A DNA stretch of 64,000 nt from Mobula hypostoma (Eukaryota), in assembly GCF_963921235.1 (NCBI RefSeq), contig NC_086109.1:17672001-17736000 (forward strand). Reading direction: 5' to 3'. Every line of letters begins with the position of its first letter. The stretch's first letter is position 1. A model generated the notes under the pieces. The model was not told the DNA's origin, did not search any database, and saw nothing but the letters and a program-made list of their open reading frames with translations. This document shows positions 53,351 through 64,000 of this stretch, piece by piece. Both the position numbers and the translations under genes were made by a program.

Positions 53351-55484
53351 CATAAGACCAGAAGACCATAAGACATAGGGGCAAAATTAGGCCATTCAGC
53401 CCATCAAGTCTGCTTCACCATTTCATCATGGCTGATCCCGGATCCCACTCAACCCCATATACCTACCTTTTTGCCATATCCTTTGATGTCCTGACCAATC
53501 AGGAAGCTATTAACTTCCTCCTTAAATATGCCCCTGGATTTGACCTCCACCTCAGTCCTTGGCAGAGCGTTCCACAGATTCACTATTCTCTGCCTAAAAA
53601 AAATTCCTCCTTATCTCTGTTCTAAATGTCCACCCCTCAAATCTGAGGCTGTTCCCCCTAGTTCTGGATACCCCCACCATAGAAAACATCCTCTCCACAT
53701 CTACCCTATCTAGTTCTTTCAACATTCGGTAGGTTTCAATGAGATCCCCCTGCATTCTTCTAAATTCCAGTGAGTACAGATCCAAAGCTGCCAAACACTC
53801 CTCATATGTTAACCCTTTCATTCCCAGAATCATCCTCGTGAACCTCCTCTGGACTCTCTCCAATGATGACAGATCCTTTCTGAGATATGGGGCCCAAAAC
53901 TGTTGACAATTCTCCAAGTGCGGCCTGACTAGTGTCTTATAAAGGCTCAGCATTATCTCCTTGCTTTTATATTCTATTCCACTTGAAATAACTGCCAACA
54001 TTGCATTTGCTTTCTTTATCACCGACTCAACCTGTAAATTAATCTTCTGGGAGTCTTGCATGAGGACTTTCTCCCTGTTTAGATAATAATCTGCGCTAAT
54101 GTTACTTTTACTGAAATGCATTCTCATACATTTTCCAACGCTGCATTCCATTTGCCAATTTTTTGCCCATTCTTCCAATTTGTCTAAGCCTTGCTGCAAT
54201 CGCATTGCTTCCTCAGCACTACCTAACCCTCTACCTATCTTTGTATCATCTGCAGACTTTGCCACAAAGCCATCAATTCCATTATCCAAATCACTGACAT
54301 GTGAAAAGTATCAGTTCCAATACTGAACCCTGAGGAACATCACTGGCAACCAGCCAAACAAGGCCCCTTTTATTCCCACTCACTGCCTCCTGTCTGTCGG
54401 CTACTGCTCTATCCATGCCAGTACCCTTCCCGTAACACCATAGGATTTTATCTTGTTAAGCTGCCTCATGTATGGCACCTTATCAAATGCCTTCTGAAAA
54501 TCCAAGTAAGTGACATCCAGTGCCTCTCCTTTGTCCACCCTGCTTATTACTTCCTCGAAGAACTCTAACAGATTCGTCAGGCAAGATTTCCCTATACAGA
54601 AACCATGCTGACTTTGACTTAGTTTACCATTGGTCTCCAAGTACCCTGAAACCTCATCCTTAATAACAGAATGCAACACTCTCGCAAACACTGAGGTTAG
54701 GCTAACTGGCCTATAATTTCCTTTCTTTTGCCTTCCTCCTTTTTTTAAGAGTGGAGTGACATTTGCAATCTTCCAGTTGTCTGGGACCATGCCACAATCA
54801 AGTGATTCGTGAAAGATCATGACCAATACACCCGTTATCTCTTCAGCAACCTCTCTCAGGACTCTGGGATGTAGTCCATCTGATCCAGGTGACTTACCCA
54901 CCTTAAGACCTTTGAGTTTGCCTAACACTTTTTCCTTTGTAATAGCAAAGGCACTCACTCCTCCTCCCTGACACTCACAGACCTCTGGCACTTTGCTAGT
55001 GTCTTCTACAGTGAAAGCAGATGCAAAGTACCCATTAAGTTCATCTACCATTTCTTTGACCCCCATTAGTACCTCACCAGCATCATTTTCCAGTGGTCTA
55101 ATATTAATTCTCACCTCCCTTTTACTCTTTATATAACTGAAAAAACTTTTTGGTATCCTGCCTTATATTATTGGCTAGTTTGCCCTCATATTTCATTTTT
55201 CCCCTTCTCATAGCTTTTTAGTTGCCTTTTGTTGGATTTTAAAAGCTTCCCAATCGTCCAACTTCCCACTCACTTCGGCTGCCTTATATGCCCTTTCCTG
55301 GGCTTTCATGCTGTCCTTAACTCCCGTTGTCAGCCACTGTTGCCTACCCCTGCCACCTGAGTGCATCTTCTGTGGGACATATCTACCCTGTGCCTTGTGA
55401 ACTATTCCCAGAAACTTCAGCCATCCCTGCTCTGCCGTCGTCCCCGCCAGTATCCTCCTCCAATCCACCTGGGCAAGCTTCTCT
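53351..55484 (-). mobile_element. CR1 LINE, about 2.1 kb, 5'-truncated
   Basis: KSPGSDGLHPRVL, WKIANVTPL, NYRPVSLTS, QHGF...SCLTNLLEFFE, YLDFQKAFDKVP, LYKTLVRPHLE; octamer tail (TCTTATGG)n. Confidence 0.92.
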
Positions 55485-56105
55485 CTCCCGATGCGGCCTC
55501 CTGTATATTGGTGAGACCCGATGTAGGTTGGGAGACCACTTTGCTGAAAATGGACACCCATTTTAATTCCTCTTCCCATACTGACATGTCAGTCCATGAC
55601 CCCTCTACTGCCGCGATGTCGGGTTGGAGGAGCAACATCTTATATTCTGTCTGGGTAGTCTCCAACCTGATGCCATGAACACCGATTTCTCAAGCTTCTG
55701 GTAATGCCCTCCTGTTCACCATTCCCCATTCCCTTATCCCTCTCTCACCTTCCCTCCTTACCTGCCCATCACCTCCCTCTGGTGCTCTTCCCCCTTTTCT
55801 CTCTTCCATGGCCTTCTGTCCTCTCCTATCAGATTCCCCCTTCTCCAGCCTGTATCTCTCTCACCAATCGACTTCCCAGTTCTTCACTTCACTCCTCCCC
55901 TCCCCGCTCCTGGTTTCAACTATTGCCCTGTGTATCTTCCTGCCCTCCCCTCCCCCACCTTCTAACTCTGACTCCTCATCGCTTTTTCTAGCGTCCCTTC
56001 GGGCCAAAACGTCGACTGTACTTTTTTCCATAGATGCTGCCTGACCTGCTGAGTTCCTCCAGCATTTTGTGCGTGTTGCTTTGGATCTCCAGCCCCCGCA
56101 GATTT
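55485..56105 (+). mobile_element. Penelope-like element 3' part (GIY-YIG continuation and terminal repeat)
   Basis: SRCGLLYIGETRCRLGDHFAE, a pyrimidine-rich 3' region, then aaaacgtcgactg...tgctgagttcctccagcattttgtg. Related termini lie at about 160-330, 1910-2040, 3130-3280, 5830-6060, 27470-27650, 43765-43965 and 58005-58410. Confidence 0.78.
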
Positions 56106-56569
56106 TGCGGCAGTCCATTAACTATACTTTGCTCAACCTCCCCCCATAGAACATGATCTCTAATCCAGGCAGTATCCCAGTAAACCTCCTCTGTACTGTT
56201 TAAAAGGCTTCCACCTCCTTCCATACAATGAGGTGACCAGATATGAACACAATACTCCAACTGTGTTCTAACCAGTTAATGTTGTGTTCTAACATTACCT
56301 AGCAGGTTCTTGAACTCAGTCCCCCAACAAATGAGGGCCAACACACCATATGCCTTCTTAACGACCCGATCAACTTCCTTGGCAGTTTTCAAGGCTCTAT
56401 GGACATGAGCCCAAAGATCTCTCTGTTCCTCCCCACGGCTAAGAATCCTGCCATTATCCTTGTACTCTGCCTTCCAAAGTTCAACCTTCCGAAGTGTATC
56501 ACTTCATACTGTAACCAGGGAAACACACTAATCCCCTTTGGAGACTGTGGTTCAAGTAAGGAGCAGCAA

Positions 56570-58150
56570 CAGCGGGGCTGTTGTAGAGCTAGACGCAAGG
56601 AACCCGGCACTTCGGCCCCGTCCGACCAAGATGCTCAGCCAAGCTCGCCCTATTTGGCCCATGCCCCTCTAAAGCAGACCACAGACAGAAGAGACGATCC
56701 CTGGGTATATGTCGTCGGAGTAAAGTGAAGTCAGATTAGCCGGTGACTGTGGTCAAAGTGAAGAACAGTCAGGCGGTAGTGTAAATTGTACCCCCTGCCT
56801 GCTGGGACTGTCTGAGGTTCGGAGCTCAGACAGGGGCACGGGGACATTTTCGCCCTTCCCCTTTCTCTGTCTCTTTGTGTGCTTGTCTGTGTCTCAGCCG
56901 ATAACGGCGGCGCTCGCCACTCAATCGGTGCCCGAACCCCCCGGTGGCTGCTCGCCCCAGACTCACCCCAGGCACCCACCAGCCACAGGTCCCTCGCCTC
57001 TCCGGCCGGCGGGGTCCACCCGCAAGGACAACGACGTTTCTCAGCAACTTTGCGAGGGCTGGCCTCGCCTTTGCATTGTTCGCCGGGGAAAATACAGGCA
57101 TATCTCCACTCTCCTCCCACCCCCCTACAGCGGGGCGCCCACCCCGAGCCCAAATAACCCCCTGGTCTGCAAACGCCTACAACGGAAATGATCAGAAAAC
57201 CCCTCCAAATAAGTACAACTCAGGCCCGCCCCCCAGCAAAAGGGAAGCGGGGATGTCACTCTGCAGTGGATATCAATTCGTCATTTTACATAATCTGCGC
57301 TTTTGAACACAATATATACGTCGAAGGGTTCGCACTACCTGCACGGTTCGGTCGCCACGCTGCAGGGTCGGTGCGTCGAGCTCCTGATCACTGACCTGTG
57401 TGTGTTCCATCAGAGCCGGAACCGCTCCTTCTCCGTCCTTAGACTCCACATAGGGAGGGTGATGGGGGGGGGGGTGTCTTCTGCCCATCTTCCGGAACCA
57501 ACCCTCATTCACACGGGGAGTGAATGCAGATCCAGGTGACCACAGCCGAGGACCGCAGGGGGAATCTCATTGGTTTAAATAAAAAAGGTTTGCATTGCTG
57601 AAGCGCCTTGGATGTTCCAAGTACTTTCTTAAAGTGTTGCCGCTCCTGTGACGTTGGGACCGCGTCAGCTTATTTGAACGGAACGAGCTCGACGGCGGTG
57701 GAGGGGATGCTCTTGCTGAACCGTGTTGTTCCAGGGTCAGGTATGCCCCCGGGCGCTGGGCGAGACCCTCCCGCTCGTCAACCTGAGAGAAGAGACAAGA
57801 CCAGCATCTGTATCTCAGCCTACAACGGTCCTGCGCCTCCAGCATCGCAGCATTCCCTCAGTATTGCACCATCGCTGCAAGATAACATTGTTGTGCCGAG
57901 TCCCTGCGATGACAGACATCGTGAATAAAAAAAATGCAATCAAGTGCTGCACAGGCACACTCGTTGAAAGCAAGCTTGTTCACAATAAAAATCAGGATTT
58001 TAAATCACACACAAAATGCTGGGGAATTTCATCAGGTCAGGCAGCATGGAACGGTATAAAGTCGATGTTTCGGGTCGCGACCTTTCATCAAGACGCCGAA
58101 ATACAGGTCTTCGACCGAAACGTCGACTCCGTGGATGTTGCCGCCTGACC
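56570..58150. promoter_or_regulatory. CpG island, probable promoter
   Basis: GC-rich, CpG-dense, mostly non-repetitive tract in an otherwise CpG-depleted window; GC box (ggcccgccccc, ~57223) and CRE-like motifs (tgacg ~57649, cgtca ~57663); outward-facing splice donors on both strands. Confidence 0.7.
56967..57120 (-). other. Candidate non-coding first exon of the kelch gene
   Basis: Strong donor TGGG|GTGAGT ending at 56967 inside the CpG island, same strand as the gene; the 5' boundary is a guess. Confidence 0.35.
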
Positions 58151-58872
58151 TGCTGAGTTCCTCTAGCATTTTGTGTGTGTTGCTCTGGATTTCCAGCATC
58201 TGGAGAATCTCTTGTGTTTAAGGTTTTAAATCTGTCGGTCAGTTTGCTTCGAGTGCGGAAATTTTCCTTTTACAGCTGTTTCAAACTAGGAAAATGTTTA
58301 AGCGCGAGAAATCCAAAGCAACGCACACAGAATGCTGGAGGAACTCGGCAGGTCAGGCAGCATCTATGGAAATGAATAAACAGGCGGTGTTTCAAGCCGA
58401 GACCCTTCTTTAAAATGTTTTCCTTTCAAACACTTTTCTTCAAGATATATTTAGGTTTTATTTGCAGTGATGAGAAATATTTTTATTTGTAGAACACTTC
58501 CGTGTTTGGTTAGATATGTTTGCAATGTAGCCACTGAGGTAAAGTAGCCAATGTGTGCTCAGCAAGCTCCCACAAGTATGATACTGACCACATGATACAC
58601 ACAGTGGCCACTTTATTAGGTACCTTCTGTTTGTGGTCTTCTGCAGCAGAGGCCCATTCAATTCAGAGTTCAACATGTGTGTTCAGAGATACTCTTTTGC
58701 ACACCATTATTGTATTGCGTGGTTATTTGAATTACTGTCACCTTCCTGTCAGCTTCAACCAGTCTGACCATTCTCCTCTGACCTTTCTCATTAACAAGGT
58801 GTTTTCACCCACAGAACTGCTGTTCACTGGCTGTTTTTATTTGCTTTTTGCATCATTCTCTGTAAACACTAA

Positions 58873-60979
58873 CAGACATCCCACCTCTCCCGGAAGTTCT
58901 GGGAGTCTCCTGCATATTGATAGCAGCTCCCTGACGCCAGCAAATTATATACAATATCCTGGAAATTGAATTTTTTGAGAGCGAGCAAGTGGGGGGGGGG
59001 AGGGACAGGCAGACAGACAGAGAGATCGAGTGACAGATGTAGCAAGAGAGTGACAGAGAGAGCATCCTGACTAATCTCTTTGTGCTAAGCAGACCTATCA
59101 GTTTTCTCTGTGGGCAGGCTTTACAGTCGACCTCTCTCTCTCTTTTATTGTCCATCAGTTCAGTTTCGTGTCCTGCAGCACCATGGCAGAGTGTTCCAAA
59201 AAAAGAAAATATAAAACGTACGTTACCCCAGACTACACTAAAGTGTACCCCTGCCTAATAGGGGTCAAAAATAATGACAGTGTTGCTCACTGCACTGTTT
59301 GCAACAGTGACTTTTCTATTGCCTATGCTGAGTTAAATGACTGTAAAATACATGTTGAGGTGAGTTTAACAGGTGTTATTTGTTTATTAGCATAGCTAAC
59401 GTACTTAAACTAGCTGGCTAGCTGCTAAGGAGCTACTCTATTGCTGTCATACATGATGAGGCCAACCTCCCTGTAGACTTGCTTAAAGTTGTCATAGAAT
59501 TTAAAAAATGACTCCATGATAATATAAGTACATATTTTACGAGACTGAAACTTCCGGCAAAATGCTCAAATCTGCCAAGCAAGCCACATCACAGTACAAG
59601 GAAAGTTTGCAAAAGAAATAGAAAAGTTATTTGCATTAGCATTTAGCTATTAGCATTGAGACTGCCAACAAAATACTCAACAAGGAATTGGCATGCAAAA
59701 GTCTGGGCACCCCGGTCAAAATTTCTGTTACTGTGAATAGCTGAATAGTGAATAAAAGATGAACTGATTTCCAAAAGGCATAAAGTTAAAGATGACACAT
59801 TTCTTTAATATTTTAAGCAAGAAAATGTTTTTATTTCCATCTTTTACAGTTTCAAAATAACAAAATAGGAAAAGGGCCCAAAGCAAAATTTGGGCATCCT
59901 GCATGGTAGTACTCAGTAACACCCCCTTTGGCAAGTATCACAGCTTGTAAATGCTTTTTGTAGCCAGCTAAGTGTCTTTCCATTCTTGTTTGGGGATTTT
60001 CGCCCATTCTTCCTTGTAAAAGGCTTCTAGTTCTGTGAGATTCTTGGGCTGTCTTGCATGCACTGCTCTTTTGAGGCCTATCACGGATTCTTGATGATGT
60101 TTAGGTCAGGGGGCTGTGAGGTCCATGGCAAAACCTTCAGCTTGTGCCTCTCGAGGTAGTCTATTGTGGATTTTGAGGTGTGTTTAGGATCATTATCCTG
60201 TTGTAGAAGCCATCCTCTTTTCATCTTCGGCTTTTTTACAGACGGTGTGATGTTTGCTTCCAGAATTTGCCGGTATTAATTGATTTCATTCTTCCCTCTA
60301 CCAGTTAATGTTCCCCGTGCCACTGGCTGCAACACAAGCCCAAAGCATGATCGATCCACCCCCCATGCTTAACAGTTGGAGAGGGGTTCTTTTCATGAAA
60401 TTCTGCACTCTTTTTTCTCCAAACATACTTCTGCTCATTGCAGCCAAAAAGTTCTATTTTAACTTCATCAGTCCACAGGACTTGTTTCCAAAATGCATCA
60501 GGCTTGTTTAGATGTTCCTTTGAACCTTTTGAATGGAAATTTCTGGCCGCAGGGGGTGTTACTAAGTACTGCCATGCAGGGTGCCCAAATTTTGTTTTGG
60601 GCCCTTTTCCTGTTTTGCTACTTTGAAACTGTAAAAGATGGAAATAAAAACATTTTCTTGCTTAAAATATTAAAGAAATTTGTCATCTTTAACTTTATGC
60701 CTTTTGGAAACCAGTTCATCTTTTTCTCAGTTAGCTATTCACAGGAACAGAAATTTTGACCAAAAGTGCCCAAACTTTTGCATGCCACTGTATATATATA
60801 TGTGTGTGTAAATAGATTCAATATGTGATCAAATAAATTATTATGTTCTTTCATAATCAAATGTCCTGTATACATACACCCTTGAAGGTCAACTGGGGGG
60901 GTGGGGGGATGTGGGGTTGCAGGGGGCGGGGTGGTGGTGCTACCTCCCTGAAATGAGTTTTTGCGGGGTGGGATGTCTG
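58873..60979 (+). mobile_element. hAT-superfamily DNA transposon (deletion derivative) with zinc-finger exon
   Basis: TIRs CAGACATCCCACC / GGTGGGATGTCTG; flanks cactaa/cactag; ORF from 59183 MAECSKKRKYKTY...AHCTVCNSDFSIAYAELNDCKIHVE (CxxC..H, BED-like) ending at donor GAG|GTGAGT. Confidence 0.75.
59689..60790 (-). mobile_element. Tc1 (DD34E) transposon remnant with long IR/DR ends
   Basis: Inverted repeats of about 240 bp (59689-59927, 60551-60790), each with inner and outer direct repeats. Minus-strand catalytic remnants LWTDEVKIEL, PTVKHGGG, QQDNDPKH...WTSQPPDLNII(K); 34 residues lie between the second D and the mutated E. Confidence 0.9.
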
Positions 60980-61914
60980 CACTAGAGTCTGTTGTGCGTG
61001 AAGATCCCAGGAGATCAGTAGTTCCTGAGATACTCAAACCACCCTGTCTGGCACCAACAATCACTCCACAGAGGTCACATTTCTTCCCCATTCTGATGTT
61101 TGGGCTGAGCAACAACTCAACCTCTTGACCATGTCTGCATGCTTTTATACATTGAGCTGCTGCTATGTGATTGGTTGATTAGATACAGTATTTGCATTGC
61201 GAGGTGTACATTATAAAATGACCTCTGAGAGTAATTAACTTGCCCAATTAAGATCATTCACTAAATTGACCTTGATAATTTATCACCCAGTGGGTTCCGA
61301 CAGCTCGTAATATTCTGTGAAATTTCCTTCTGCTTCCTTGCAGCACAGAGCATTAGTGGAGCATAGTTCAATCAGCACCCTCTAATTTCTGATGATGTCA
61401 ACAACAAGAACCATGTCATCTTTTTACCCAGTGATGCTGTCGCTAATTGCGGTGACTGTGGCTGACATGACCAGCCAAATAAGGGACGGGAATCCGTTCT
61501 GGGACCTTATGAATTTCCATAGCTGTACAGTGAAGAACACTCTAACTGGTTGCATCACTGCTTCAACGTACAGGAGTCCAAGAGGCTGTAGAGGGTCTTA
61601 GACTCAGCCATTTCTATACGGGCACAGCCCTCCCCACCTTTGAGGAGATCTTCAAGTGGCGATGCCTCAAGAAGGCAGCATCCATCACCATCTGGGGAGT
61701 TCCCTCTTCTCATTATTATCAACAGGGAGGAGGTACAGGAGCCTGAAGACACACACTCAACAATTCAGCTTCTTCCCCTCCACCATCAGGTTTCTGAATG
61801 ATCCGTGAGCACCATCTTCTTTGTGCATTATTTATTTATTTTTGCAATTTATGGAGATTTTATGTCTTTGCACTGTCCCGCTGCTGCAAAATGGCAAATC
61901 CTACGTCATATAAG

Positions 61915-63036
61915 TGTCATAACGGGGGCGCTGGAGGCAAACTCAAATGCAAGACACAGACACTGAGTACTAGGAACAGGACTAGGTTATGACAAGAAAG
62001 CAAGAGACGTGAGGAAGAAACGACGCTGGACAAGACACAGGCCCTGGACGCAACTAGGATACAGGGCCTGGTCTGGGACTAGACTAGGAAAGCAGGACCT
62101 GGACGAGGAACAAGGAACCTGGACAAGGACTCCGAGCCAGAGACTGGACAGGGACCTGGAACCTGGGTCTTGACTCGGGCTCGGACTCTGGATCCAGGTG
62201 AGGACAGGACGTGGCAAGGCAACAGGACTGGATGTGGCGGCAGGACACGGGACCAGAACTGGATGAGGACACGAAGCTAAGACTGGGACTTGGGAGACTG
62301 GAACGCAGAACACAGAGCCTTGGCGATCTTGAGAGACAGGAACATGGAACACACAGCCAGGACTGGACGTGGAACTCCTGCACAGGTTGAGGCACATGGA
62401 CAGGATGAGAACCCGAAGCCTTGACTTGGTCTTGGGAGAACGGGAAACAGAACACAGAGCCTTGGTAATCTTGGGAGACAGGAACGCAGAACACAGAGCC
62501 TTGGCCTTGAGAGACAGGAACATGGAACACAGAGCCGGGACCCGTCCTTGTGAACATGACGTAGGGCTGGGACTCATACACAGAATGCTGAACCCAGTGA
62601 GACAGTTCCCAACACAAGGTAGCGGCAAATGGCCAGATCTATCTAGCGAAGGCGTGGACACAGAGACGGTTCCCAACACTAGGTAGCAGCAAACGGCCGG
62701 ACCTATCTAGCGAAGGCGTGGACACAGAGACAGTTCCAAACAATGAAAGACAGTTACTTATCTAGACACAGCAAGGCTCTGGTCTTGCTCCGGCGGTAGA
62801 ACTTGACAGTGAGGACACTGGCGAGGCTTCAGCCAAGGGCTACAGAAGGAAGGGAAGGGAACAGCCCAGTAAATGAAGATGAACCCAGGAGCTATTTATG
62901 TAGCCAGCCCAAAATAAGAATCAGGTGCCTCAATTAGAACATCCAACAGAACAAGGGAAAACCGGAAAACCTGGAATAAGGAATCATGGACCCGACTGTA
63001 AACCGGAATGCCGACTTCACAGACCGGACCATGACA
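61915..63036 (-). mobile_element. Solo LTR (Gypsy-like) with internal tandem repeats
   Basis: TGTCAT...ATGACA termini; 5-bp flanks ataag/gtaag; removing it restores the tail of the host Rex1-like LINE; TATA-like cataaata on the minus strand near 62895. Confidence 0.8.
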
Positions 63037-64000
63037 GTAAGTCAGTGGTAACAAATCTGTTTTTGATTCTGATTCTGATTCCTAACCCTATTTTCAATGA
63101 TCAGGACAGAAGCATGACATTGGGAACGGGAGTATGATATATTTGAGACAGACAGCTTGTTGTTGTATGTACAAGATTATCTCACTACTCTAAATCACTT
63201 TAGGAGTTTTTGAGTTTATGAAAGGGTAAAGTGGCAACAACACTTCATGTCTCAGCAATGGAATCTTGATGTTATAAATGAGAAATGCTTTTTGTTCACA
63301 GAAAGTGAGCATCACTGGTAAATTAGGGCAAAACAGCCTGTTCAGTTAACACCCTGTCACTTTTACGATTGGTGCATTGTGGCTGGAGAGTGTACCATCT
63401 GCAAAGCGACAGCCGGTAACTCCTTTGGGTTACTCCATAGCACCTGTTAAACTTATGACTCTCCGAGTAGCTCACTGTCATGAGTTGGAATTGTATTGCC
63501 ATTCCTTGATCATTACAAATCCTGGAATTCACTACTTGACAACATTGGGAGTACAACAGGATTACAGCAGTTCAAGATGACTTTCCATCTCCAAAAGCCT
63601 GAAAGCATGTAGAACCAGGCTCAAAGATAGCTTCTATCCTGCCGTCATAAGATTATTGAATGGTTCCCTAGTGCAAAAAGATGGACTCTTAATCTCACAA
63701 TCTACCTTTTTTATGATCTCGCACCTTACTGTTTACTTGCACTGCTCTTTCTCTGTAGCTGCAACACTTTATTCTACCTAGTCATTGTTTTTACTTTGTT
63801 CTACCTCAGCACTGTGTAATGAATTGGCCTGAATGAACAGTATGTAAGACAGGCTTTCCACTGTATCTTGGTTTATTTGACAATAATAAACCAATACCAA
63901 TACAGATAAAGTTTCCATAAAGTTAACTTCCCTCTCTTGTCCTTAGGAAGTTGAGCCACTTCTGAATTAGGAAGGGCCTTCTTAGATCATTTGATATAAC

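Larger units (their letters stand above)
58598..61231 (-). mobile_element. Non-autonomous Tc1/mariner element split by a hAT element
   Basis: TIR cacacagtggccactttattagg at 58598; the body breaks at 58872 and resumes at 60980. Confidence 0.8.

Noticed and set aside
53594..55114. 231-aa and 237-aa RT-like ORFs as host genes
   Set aside because: Broken CR1 ORF2 with frameshifts, a mutated FADD motif and a CR1 tail.
56731..58148. Overlapping ORFs in the CpG island
   Set aside because: Expected from high GC content; no recognisable protein family.
61987..62679. 230-aa and 177-aa ORFs
   Set aside because: They arise from tandem repeats inside the solo LTR; no recognisable domain.
62280..62740. 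CRISPR-like repeat array
   Set aside because: Eukaryotic context, no unique spacers and no cas genes; these are tandem repeats in an LTR.

Overview
Repeat-rich vertebrate genomic DNA, very probably from an elasmobranch (ray or shark). This is inferred from its HE1/V-SINE-type SINEs and its CR1, Rex1/Babar and Penelope content. It holds one well-supported protein-coding gene on the minus strand, a KLHDC8A-like kelch beta-propeller. The five GT-AG coding exons (25613-25238, 21836-21672, 20953-20738, 18316-18215, 13974-13781) join to 1053 nt = 350 aa + TAA. A CpG island at about 56.6-58.2 kb is its likely, possibly bidirectional, promoter. The rest is mostly decayed and often nested transposons: a two-LTR chromodomain Gypsy (sushi/Tf1-type) provirus, a solo LTR, Rex1/Babar, CR1, RTE, Tx1 and Penelope fragments, SINEs, Tc1 and hAT elements. 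The most notable signals are a tRNA-independent self-priming PBS in the provirus, hammerhead-ribozyme relics in Penelope-derived palindromes, a three-level DNA-transposon nest with a 6-bp-TSD hAT, and the mixed 8A/8B character of the kelch gene. I found no evidence of a wholly new biological system. Family assignments come from motif recognition by eye, not from database searches, and many repeat boundaries are approximate.
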